A stretch of DNA of 64,000 bases from Mobula hypostoma. Taxonomy: Eukaryota. The DNA lies in contig NW_026948140.1 in the NCBI RefSeq assembly GCF_963921235.1, positions 124,001 to 188,000 of the forward strand. The letters are read 5' to 3'. Each line of letters begins with the position of its first letter. The stretch's first letter is position 1. Positions 48,694 to 59,766 of this stretch are shown in pieces. The notes under the pieces are model-generated. The model worked only from the letters and a program-made list of their open reading frames with translations. It searched no databases and was not told where the DNA came from. The translations under genes and the position numbers were made by a program.

Positions 48694-51215
48694 CTGCAGA
48701 GAGATAGCAGGCAACTGCAGGAAACATAAAGTTGTGGTGGTAGGGGATTTTAATTTTCCATATATTGATTGGGACTCCCATACTGTTAGGGGTCTAGATG
48801 GTTTAGAGTTTATAAAATGGGTTCAGGAAAGTTTTCTAAATCAATATATAGAGGGACCAACTAGAGGGGATGCAATATTGGATCACCTGTTAGGAAACGA
48901 GTTAGGACAAGTGACGTAAGTCTGTGTAGGGGAGCACTTTGGTTCCAGTGATCATAACACTATTAGTTTCAACTTGATCATGGACAAGGATAGATCTGGT
49001 CCTAGGGTTGAGGTTCTGAACTGGAAGAAGGCCAAATTTGAAGAAATGAGAAAGGATCTAAAAAGCATGGATTGGGACAGGTTGTTCTCTGGCAAAGATG
49101 TGATTGGTAGGTGGGAAGCCTTCAAAGGAGAAATTTTGAGAGTGCAGTTTGTATGTTCCCGTCAGGATTAAAGGCAAAGTGAATAGGAATAAGGAACCTT
49201 GGTTCTCAAGGGATATTGCAACTCTGATAAAGAAGAAGAGGGAGTTGTATGAAATGTATAGGAAACAGGGAGTAAATCAGGTGCTTGAGGAGTATAAGAA
49301 GTGCAAGAAAATACTTAAGAAAGAAATCAGGAGGGCTAAAAGAAGACATGAGGTTGCCTTGTCAGTCAAAGTGAAGGATAATTCAAAGAGCTTTTACAGG
49401 TGTATTTAGAGCAAAAGGATAATAAGGGATAAAATTGGTCCTCTTGAAGATCAGAGTGGTCAGCTATGTGCAGAACCAAAGGAAATGGGGGAGATCTTAA
49501 GTAGGTTTTTTGTGTCTGTATTTACTAAGGAAACTGGCATGAAGTCAATGGAATTAAGGGAATCAAGTAGTGAGATCATGGAAACCGTACAGATTGAAAA
49601 GAAGAAAGTGCTTGCTGTCTTGAGGAAAATTAAAGTGGATAAATCCCCGGGACCTGACAGGGTGTTCCCTCGGACCTTGAAGGAGACTAGTGTTGAAATT
49701 GCGGGGGCCCTGGCAGAAATATTTAAAATGTCGCTGTCTACGGGTGAGGTGCCGGAGGATTGGAGAGTGGCTCATGTTGTTCTGTTGTTTAAAAAAGGAT
49801 CGAAAAGTAATCCGGGAAATTATAGGCTGGTAAGTTTAACGTCGGTAGTAGGTAAGTTATTGGAGGGAGTACTAAGAGACAGAATCTACAAGCATTTGGA
49901 TAGACAGGGACTTATTAGGGAGAGTCAACATGGCTTTGTGCATGGTAGGTAATGTTTGACCAATCTATTGGAGTTTTTAGAGGAGGTTACCAGGAAAGTG
50001 GATGAAGGGAAGGCACTGGATATTGTCTACATGGACTTCAGTAAGGCCTTTGTCAAGGTCCCGCATGGGAGGTTAGTTAGGAAAATTCAGTCGCTAGGTA
50101 TACATGGAGAGGTGGTAAATTGGATTAGACATTGGCTCAATGGAAGAAGCCAAAGAGTGGTAGTAGAGAATTGCTTCTCTGAGTGGAGGCCTGTGACTAG
50201 TGGTGTGCCACAGGGATCAGTGCTGGGTCCGTTGTTATTTGTCATCTATATCAATGATCTGGATGATAATGTGGTAAATTGGATCAGCAAATTTGCTGAT
50301 GATACAAAGATTGGAGGTGTAGTAGACAGTGAGGAAGGTTTTCAGAGCCTGCAGAGGGACTTGGACCAGCTAGAAAGATGGGCTGAAAAATGGCAGATGG
50401 AGTTTAATACAGACAAGTGTGAGGTATTGCACGTTGGAAAGACAAACCAAGGTAAAACATACAGGGTTAATGGTAAGGCACTGAGGAGTGCAGTAGAACA
50501 GAGGGATCTGGGAATACAGATAAAAAATTCCCTAAAAGTGGCGTCACAAGTAGATAGGGTCGTAAAGAGAGCTTTTGGTACATTGGCCTTTATTAATCAA
50601 AGTATTGAGTATAAGAGCTGGATTGTTATGCTGAGGTTGTATAAGGCATTGGTGAGGCCGAATCTGTAGTATTGTGTTCAGTTTTGGTCACCAAATTACA
50701 GGAAGGATATAAATAAGGTTGAAAGAGTGCAGAGAAGGTTTACAAGGATGTTGCCGGGACTTGAGAAACTGAGTTACAGAGAAAGGTTGAATAGGTTAGG
50801 ACTTTATTCCCTGGAGCAGAGAAGAATGAGGGGAGATTTGATAGAGGTATATAAAATTATGATGGGTATAGATAGAGTGAATGCAAGTAGGCTTTTTCCA
50901 CTGAGGCAAGGGGAGAAAAAAACCAGAGGACATGGGTTAAGGGTGAGGGGGGAAAAGTTTAAAGGGAACATTAAGGGGGGCTTCTTCACACAGAGAGTGG
51001 TGGGAGTATGGAATGAGCTGCCAGACAAGGTGGTAAATGCGGGTTCGTTTTTAAACATTTAAGAATAAATTGGACAGATACATGGATGGGAGGTGTATGG
51101 AGGGATATGGTCCGTGTGTAGGTCAGTGGGACTAGGCAGAAAATGGTTTGGCACAGCCAAGAATGGCCAAAAGGCCTGTTTTTGTGCTGTAGTTTTTCTA
51201 TGGTTCTATGGTTCT
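48694..51215 (+). mobile_element. CR1 LINE (family C), 5'-truncated EN-RT
   Basis: ORFs 48629-51062 with stops; (TTCTATGG) tail; AAAT duplication; same family as 1-1418. Confidence 0.93.
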
Positions 51216-53416
51216 AAATTGTTAACAAATTGGTAAACTTGCCCCAAGATAAATCAGATGATAACCTGTCCATTCCAAATGAAAAAAAGTGAAAAAGGCA
51301 CACCCGACAACTTCATGCCAAAGAAAATAACTTTATCTCGAACTTCAAAACCGTTATGTATATACAGAGGCTTTCTTACAACCCATACCGCATAGCAGGA
51401 ACACCATATACAAAGCCCACCGGAAGTGAAAAGAACTGAACTCGACCCCCCCCCCCCATTATGAGAGCGGCCTGTGTGTCTGCGTGAGAATGTCCATCCT
51501 CCTCAGGACCTCGACCCCTCTGCCAACGTCTCTCCCTCTGGCAAACTCACTGGTGGACATGCTTCCACCGTAGACTGTCTCACTTTTGCCTTCATGTCCG
51601 GGCGCAGCAGGTCCAATCTTGACTTGGGCCTACGCCCCATCAGCATCTCTGCTGGAGTTCGGGCAGCCGAGGTCAGGAAGAAACTTGCCATAATAATTCA
51701 CCATGCCCAAAAATGATCTGAGTTCTGTGACGGTCTTAAGGCTTGGGGCTTCCTTAATAGCTCTCAGTTTGTCCTCCACGGGGCAAAGCCCCTCAGCTGT
51801 GATCTTGTGTCCCAGGTAAGTCACACTCGATGCCAGGAACACACATTTTCCGCGTTTCAACCGCAGCCCTGCGTCTGAGAGCCTCTTCAGCACCCGTTCT
51901 AAATTAGCCAGATGCTCCCGCTCCGTAGCCCCCGTGATCAAAATATCATCAAGGTAAACTGCTACGTGCGGAATCCCCTGCGGCAAAGTGTCCATTTTCC
52001 TTTGGGAAATGGCAGGGCTGGATGCCTCTCCAAACACCAGGCGATTGTACTTGAATAATCCCTTGTGTGTATTAATTGTGACGTATTCCTTTGAATCCTC
52101 GTCGAGCAGCAGCTGTTGGTAGGCATGGTTCGTGTCCAGCTTTGTGAACAGTTTACCCCCCGACAGGGTCGCAAACAGGTCATCCACCCATGGCAATGGG
52201 TACTCCTCCAGCCTAGAGACCTGATTCACCGTAAGTTTATAATCCCCACATATCCTCACCGTTTTGTTTGCCTTCAAAACTGGAACAACGGGAGCCGCTC
52301 ACCCTGAAAACTGGATGGGCTCAATAATGCCCAGCCTCTGTAAACCTTGCAGCTCCTCCTCGACTTTGCCTTTCATGGCATAGGGCACCGACCTGGGCTT
52401 AAAAAAAACATGGTGTAGCCTCAGGGTCGACATGGAGTTTCATTATCAAGTCCTTCAGTGTGCCCAGCTCGTCCCTAAAAACATCACTGTACCGCTGCAG
52501 AATGTCCTCCGTCGTGTGTGCATACTTAATTTCATGCCAGTTTAGCCGGATTTTGCGAAGCCAATCGCGACCCAAAAGGCTGGGTCCCCTGCCCTTAGCT
52601 ATCACTAGCCTGGCTTCAACTTTCTGACGCCCGGCTGAAATGTCCACATATAACAGCCCTAAATGAGGTATGGGCTGCCCCATGTAGGTCCTAAGTTTGA
52701 GCTTTGACGGTCTAATGGGAGGCAGGTTGAACCCCCAGGTCCTCCTGTAGGTCTCCTCACTGATGACCGATGTAGTGGCCCCTGAATCAATCTCAAACTT
52801 AATGGCCTTTCCCCTGACAGTGACTGTGGCATAATATGGTTCCGGTGGTTCCTCATCTGTTTCCACTGCAATCATGTGGTAGGCACACGCTGCCTCTTCA
52901 TCTGCTTCTTCCAGACGGTGTGTGGCTGCCTGAGGCTATTGAGCTTTCCCCTGCCCAGGCCTAATCTCACCCTTTGAACTCCTGCACTTTTTAGCTAAAT
53001 GTCCCTTTTTGCTACAAGCATGGCAGACAGTGTCTTTGAATTTGCAGTCATTTGCATAGTGCGTCCGTCCACACCAGAAACATTCCACCCGCTTTGCCTG
53101 TTTACCAGTGTCCCTCCCGACGCGGTGCACCGCCGCCGACTGCGACCCCCATGGCCTTTCTGGATATCCTTGACATTATTAGCTGCCATTTCCATGCCTT
53201 GGGCAATGTCTAAGGCTTTTTTGAAAGTCAACGGCGGGGTTTCCCCTAACAGGCGGCGTTGTATGTCGTCACTATTAATGCCGCATACCAATCGATCACG
53301 GAGCATGTCATTCAACACATAGAAACATAGAAACATAGAAAATAGGTGCAGGAGTAGGCCATTCGGCCCTTCGAGCCTGCACCGCCATTTATTATGATCA
53401 TGGCTGATCATCCAAC

Positions 53417-56415
53417 TCAGAACCCAGCCTTCCCTCCATACCCCCTGACCCCTGTAGCCACAAGGGCCATATCTAACTTCCTTTTAAACATAGCTAATGA
53501 ACTGGCCTCAACAGTTTGCTGTGGCAGAGAATTCCACAGATTCACCACTCTCTGTGTGAAGAAGTTTTTCCTAACCTCGGTCCTAAAAGGCTTCCCCTCT
53601 ATCCTCAAACTGTGACCCCTCGTTCTAGACCTCCCCAACATCGGGAACAATCTTCCTGCATCTAGCCTGTCCAATCCCTTTAGGATCTTATACGTTTCAA
53701 TCAGATCCCCCCTCAATCTTCTAAATTCCAACGAGTACAAGCCCAGTTCATCCAGTCTTTCTTCATATGAAAGACCTGCCATCCCAGGAATCAATCTGGT
53801 GAACCTTCTTTGTACTCCCTCTATGGCAAAGATGTCTTTCCTCAGATTAGGGGACCAAAACTGCACACAATACTCCAGGTGTGGTCTCACCAAGGCCTTG
53901 TACAACTGCAGTAGTACCTCCCTGCTCCTGTACTCGAATCCTCTCGCTATAAATGCCAGCATACCGTTCGCCTTTTTCACCGCCTGCTGTACCTGCATGC
54001 CCACTTTCAATGACTGGTGTATAATGACACCCAGGTCTCGTTGCACCTCCCCTTTTCCTAATCGGCCACCATTCAGATAATAATCTGTTTTCCTATTTTT
54101 GCCACCAAAGTGGATAACTTCACATTTATCCACATTAAATTGCATCTGCCATGAGTTTGCCCACTCACCCAACCTATCCAAGTCACCCTGCATCCTCTTA
54201 GCATCCTCCTCACTGCTAACACTGCCACCCAGCTTCGTGTCATCCGCAAACTTGGAGATGCTGCATTTAATTCCCTCATCCAAGTCATTAATATATATTG
54301 TAAACAACTGGGGGCCCAGCACTGAGCCTTGCGGTACCCCACTAGTCACCGCCTGCCATTCTGAAAAGGTCCCGTTTATTCCCACTCTTTGCTTCCTGTC
54401 TGCTAACCAATTCTCCACCCACACCAATACCTTACCCCCAATACCGTGTGCTTTAAGTTTGCACACTAATCTCCTATGTGGGACCTTGTCAAAAGCCTTT
54501 TGAAAATCCAAATATACCACATCCACTGGTTCTCCCCTATCCACTCTACTAGTTACATCCTCAAAAAATTCTATGAGATTCGTCAGACATGATTTTCCTT
54601 TCACAAATCCATGCTGACTTTGTCCGATCATTTCACCGCTTTCCAAATGTGCTGTTATCACATCCTTGATAACTGACTCCAGCAGTTTCCCCACCACCGA
54701 CGTTAGGCTAACCGGCCTATAATTCCCCGGTTTCTCTCTCCCTCCTTTTTTAAAAAGTGGGGTTACATTAGCCACCCTCCAATCCTCAGGAACTAGTCCA
54801 GAATCTAACGAGTTTTGAAAAATTATCACTAATGCATCCACTATTTCTTGGGCCACTTCCTTAAGCACTCTGGGATGCAGACCATCTGGCCCTGGGGATT
54901 TATCTGCCTTCAATCCCTTCAATTTACCTAACACCACTTCCCTACTAACATGTATTTCGCTCAGTTCCTCCATCTCACTGGACCCTCTGTCCCTTACTAT
55001 TTCTGGAAGATTATTTATGTCCTCCTTAGTGAAGACAGAACCAAAGTAATTATTCAATTGGTCTGCCATGTCCTTGCTCCCCATAATCAATTCACCTGTT
55101 TCTGTTTGCAGGGGACCTACATTTGTCTTTATCAGTCTTTTCCTTTTTACATATCTATAAAAGCTTTTACAGTCCGTTTTTATGTTCTCTGCCAGTTTTC
55201 TCTCATAATCTTTTTTCCCCTTCCTAATTAAGCCCTTTGTCCTCCTCTGCTGAACTCTGAATTTCTCCCAGTCCTCAGGTGAGCCACTTTCTCTGGCTAA
55301 TTTGTATGCTACTTCTTTGGAATTGATACTATCCCTAATTTCTCTTGTCAGCCACGGGTGCACTACCTTCCTTGATTTATTCTTTTGCCAAACTGGGATG
55401 AACAATTGTTGTAGTTCATCCATGCAACCTTTAAATGCCTGCCATTGCATATCCACCGTCAATCCTTGAAGTGTCATTTGCCAGTCTATCTTAGCTAATT
55501 CATGTCTCATACCTTCAAAGTTACCCCCTTTAAGTTCAGAACCTTTGTTTCTGAATTAACTACGTCACTCTCCATGTTAATGAAGAATTCCACCATATTA
55601 TGGTCACTCTTACCCAAGGGGCCTCTCACGACAAGATCGCTAATTAACCCTTCCTCATTGCTCAAAACCCAGTCCAGAATAGCCTGCTCTCTAGTCGGTT
55701 CCTCGACATGTTGGTTCAAAAAACCATCCCGCATACATTCCAAGAAATCCTCTTCCTCAGCACCTTTACCAATTTGGTTCACCCAGTCTACATGTAGATT
55801 GAAGTCACCCATTATAACTGCTGTTCCTTTATTGCACACATTTCTAATTTCCTGTTTAATACCATCTCCGACCTCACTACTACTGTTAGGTGGCCTGTAC
55901 ACAACTCCCACCAGCGTCTTCTGCCCCTTAGTGTTACGCAGCTCTACCCATATCGATTCCACATCTTCCCGGCTTATGTCCTTCCTTTCTATTGCGTTAA
56001 TCTCTTTTTTAACCAGCAACGCCACCCCACCTCCCCTTCCTTCGTGTCTATCCCTCCTGAATATTGAATATCCCTGAACGTTGAGCTCCCATCCCTGGTC
56101 ACCCTGGAGCCATGTCTCTGTGATCCCAACTATATCATAATCATTAATAACAATCTGCACTTTCAATTCATCCACCTTATTACGAATGCTCCTTGCATTG
56201 ACACATAAAGCCTTCAGGCACTCTTTTACAACTCTCTTAGCCCTTTTTAATGCTTGCCCTGGATTTGTCGGCCTGCCACTTTTACTTTTCCCCTTTGTAC
56301 TTTTTGCTTCTACGCTCACTTTACACCCCTCTGTCTCTCTGCACTGGTTCCCATCCCTCTGTTGTGAACTAACCTCCTCACACCTAGCCGCTTTAATTTG
56401 ATTCCCACCCCCCAA
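53417..56415 (-). pseudogene. CR1 ORF2 (APE endonuclease plus RT) broken by one frameshift near 55525
   Basis: The 302 aa EN ORF and the 697 aa RT ORF join if one base is restored in AAGGGGGTAAC. Confidence 0.9.
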
Positions 56416-56420
56416 CCATT

Positions 56421-57359
56421 CTAGTTTAAAGTCACCTCAGTAGCCCCCGCTAATCTCCCTGCCAGGATATTGGTCCCCCGAGGATTTAAGTGTAACCCGT
56501 CCTTTTTGTACAGGTCACACCTGCGCCAAAAGAGGTCCCAATGATCCAAAAACTTGAATCCCTGCCCCCTGCTCCAATCCCTCAGCCACGCATTTATCCT
56601 CCACCTCATCGCATTCCTACTCTCACTGTCGCGTGGCACAGGCAGTAATCCCGAGATTACTACCTTTGCGGTCCTTTTTCTCAACTCCCTTCCTAGCTCC
56701 CTATATTCTTCTTTCAGGACCTCATCCCTTTTCCTACCTATGTCATTGGTACCTATATGTACCAGGACCTCTGGCTCTTCACCCTCCCACTTCAGGATAT
56801 CTTGGACACGATCAGAAATATCCCGGACCCTGGCACCAGGGAGGCAAACTACCATCCGAGTCTCTGGACTGCGTCCACAGAATCGCCTATCTGACCCCCT
56901 TACTATCGAGTCCCCTATCACAACTGCCCTCCTCTTCCTTGCCCTACCCTTCTGAGCTACAGGGCCAGACTCTGTGCCGGAGGCAGGGCCACTGTCGCTT
57001 CCCCCGGGTAAGCTGTCCCCCCCAACAGTACTCAAACAGGAGTACCTGTTGTTAAGGGGCACAGCCGCCGGGGTACTCCCCATCACCTTCCTTTTCCCCT
57101 TCCCCCTCCTAACCGTGACCCACTTGTCTGCCTCCCGTGGCCCCGGCGTGACCACCTGCCTTCCACTCCTCTCTATCACCTCCTCACTCTCCCTGACCAG
57201 ACGAAGGTCATCGAGCTGCAGCTCCAGTTCCGTAACGCGGTCCCTTAGGAGCTGCATCTCGATGCACTTGGCGCAGATGTAGACGTCCGGGAGGCTTGGA
57301 GACTCCAGGGCCTCCCACATCCGACACCGAGAACAGCAAACTGCCCTCACAGTCATAAT
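56421..57359 (-). CDS. CR1 ORF1p (N-terminal Cys cluster, coiled coil, SGNH esterase-like domain)
   Basis: Open frame: CCSRC...CAKC, LELQLDDL, VIGDSIV, HIGTND, DGLHLN. Confidence 0.9.
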   Translation of the reverse strand: MMTVRAVCCSRCRMWEALESPSLPDVYICAKCIEMQLLRDRVTELELQLDDLRLVRESEEVIERSGRQVVTPGPREADKWVTVRRGKGKRKVMGSTPAAVPLNNRYSCLSTVGGDSLPGGSDSGPASGTESGPVAQKGRARKRRAVVIGDSIVRGSDRRFCGRSPETRMVVCLPGARVRDISDRVQDILKWEGEEPEVLVHIGTNDIGRKRDEVLKEEYRELGRELRKRTAKVVISGLLPVPRDSESRNAMRWRINAWLRDWSRGQGFKFLDHWDLFWRRCDLYKKDGLHLNPRGTNILAGRLAGATEVTLN

Positions 57360-58310
57360 GCCCCTCTCCTCAAATAGCAACAGAAAATGAATGTCAAACC
57401 TTCCTCGCCTCACCCGCTTCCGCCTAAGCCCGGTGAGCCGAAGCCCTTAAGTCTTCACTCTGCTCCCGGCTCACTCCGCCGCCCGCAAACTACGCTGCCC
57501 GCTCTATGAGGCTCTGTTCCCTTTAAATCTGCCGCGCTGCACTGCCCTACGTCACACGCCTGCGCAGTCCCGCCTCTCAGAAAGCCGTTGGAGAAAAAAA
57601 AATAACGAAAATTTCAAAAATCTCTTTTTCGGCACTCCCACTCAGACTCTCAGACTCCTTCTTCGAATCAAATCCGAAGCAGGATGTCTGCCCTTTTAAA
57701 TCTGCCGCGCTGCACTGCCCGACGTCACACGCCTGCGCAGTCCCGCCTCTCAGAAAGCCGTTGGAGAAAAAAAAAACGAAAAATAACACCACTCCGAAAT
57801 CACAATGCTCCGACAGATGCGAAAGCTTGGCCACGAAATTGGCCACAGACTGACCTGGCTTCCTGAAACGGCTGTGAAACTTACACCGTTGGACTATCAC
57901 AGAAGGTTCTGGATTGTAGTGGTTCCCCACGAGCTTGACCAGTTCGTTATATGGAATGTCCCCCGGTTTCCGCCGTGTGGCTAAATTCCTTATTAGCTTG
58001 TAATTCTTCGCCCCACACACACTCAGGAGAATAGAGCGCTTCTCAGCCTCCTCAGTAATTCCATTAGCATAGAAAAAATGTCCCAATCTTTCCTTATTCT
58101 CCGGCCAGTCATCCATTACCCCCACAAAATCAACCATAGTTCCAAAGGTAGCCATCTGAAAGGCGAAACTCCCGTTCGAAAAACGTGCCGATACGTTCAC
58201 AAAACCAGTTCACCTCGTCGCAAAAAATAGGTGGTAACATCTACTTTGAAAAAGGCACACTCGACAACTTCATGCTGAAATTCTTGGCCATGTCAATGCA
58301 TTCAGTCAGG

Positions 58311-59766
58311 GCCAGGGTCAACCGCTCGAAGAACGAAGCCATGCTCTTCGGCAACTGGCCCGACCGATCCAGCGTCCCCTTCACCATCAGGTCTGACCAC
58401 GTGAAGGTGTTGGGGATCTGGTTCGGAGGGGCTGAGGCATGCAACAACAACTGGCAGGAGCGGACTGCCAAGGTGAAACAGAAACCGGGACTGTGGGGAG
58501 GGCGCTCCCTGTCCATAACGGGCAAGAACCTGGTCATCAGCTGTGAGGTGCTCTCAGGGCTGCTGTACTTGGCGCAGGTCTGGCCCGTCCCCCGCTCCTA
58601 CAGCTCGGAAATCACCCGGGCTGTCTTCAGATTCGTCTGGGGATCCAAGATGGAGCGGGTGAGACGGACCGTCATGCACAAGTCCCTGGACAACGGGGGC
58701 AAGAACGTCCCCAATGTCGCCCTCACCCTGATGGCTAGCTTCGTAAGTGGCTGCATCAGGTTGTGTGTAGAACCCAGGTATGTGGGCACCAAGTACCACT
58801 ATGTGCACAGGTTCTACCTGTCGCCCTGGCTACGAAGGATGGGTCTGGCCCCACTCCCGCGCAACGCCCCAGTTAGCTGGTCGTTGCCGGCATACCTGTC
58901 CTACGGAGCAAAGTTCTTCCAGGAGAACGCCTTTGACCACAGGGCCATCAGGCAGTGGTCGGCACGTAGTGTCCTGCAGGCACTGCAGGAGAAGGACGTG
59001 ATGGACACAGTGGGGTGGTTCCCTGAGCAGACTGTCCAGTTCATCTGGCAAAATGCCTCATCGCCAGATCTCACCAACAGGCACCAAGACCTCGCCTGGC
59101 TGGCGGTGAGAGGGGCTCCAAGTCAGAGCCCTCCTGTACGCCCGGAACATCGTCTCCGCACCCCACTGCCCACGGGAGGACTGCAGTGAGGAGGAGTCTG
59201 TGACCCACCTCTTTGCACACTGCCAGTTCGCAAAGAGGGTGTGGAAGAGGATGGACGGGCTAGTGTCACGTTTCATCCCCAGCAGCTGCGTAACAGAGGA
59301 CTCTCTGATTTACGGGCTGTTCCCGGGGACGCACACGGAGACCAACATCCGGTGCTGCTGGCAGATCATCAACTCGGTGAAAGACGCTCTTTGGTCGGCC
59401 CGAAACTTGATGATCTACCAGCACATGGAGATGTCCGTGGGAGAATGCTGCCGACTGGCACATTCTCGGTTGCAGGAGTATGTGCTGAGGGACACACTGA
59501 AACTCGGTACAGCCACCGCAAGAGCCCGGTGGGGAAGGACCACAGTATAGGTTTCTCCGCCCGTGGGAGTGGCAGAGGTCGGTGGGCGGGGAGTATACCC
59601 CTCAACAATGATATGGTAAGCTGAACTACTGGAGTGCCACGTGGGTGGCTATAAATACGGATATGTACTGACTATAGTGGAAACGTATGTAAAGGATGAA
59701 AAGTTATTGAATGGTTTATTGTATATATTTATTTTTGGATAAAGTATATTTTGAAATTAAAAAAAA
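58311..59766 (+). mobile_element. L1/Tx1-clade LINE 3' fragment (copy 1) with poly(A)
   Basis: VNRSKNEAM, KVLGIWF, LSITGKNLVI and the C-terminal CCHC region (CPREDC...THLFAHC); A tail. Confidence 0.88.

Larger units (their letters stand above)
53319..57784 (-). mobile_element. Essentially full-length young CR1 (family A) inserted in the Gypsy gag
   Basis: TSD AACAC (53314-18 / 57785-89); 5'UTR, ORF1, ORF2 and (TTTCTATG)n tail all present. Confidence 0.97.
51290..58275 (-). mobile_element. Gypsy LTR retrotransposon: gag-PR-RT plus IN remnant, internal deletion, truncated LTRs
   Basis: Gag (MATFG...RSILLSVCG; LRDRLVCG), CCHC knuckles, protease FEIDSGA, RT YLDDILI, IN tail TPAEMLMGRR. PBS-like TGCGACGAGG near 58213-58222 and a poly-G PPT near 51446-51457. 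Confidence 0.9.

Noticed and set aside
1..51215. Similarity of 1-1418 to 49795-51215 as a segmental duplication
   Set aside because: Flanks after the tails differ (Gypsy RNase H versus segment X), so they are independent insertions of one CR1 family.
57577..58200. 207-aa ORF as a novel gene
   Set aside because: Chimera of Gypsy gag N-terminus reading into the CR1 5'UTR.
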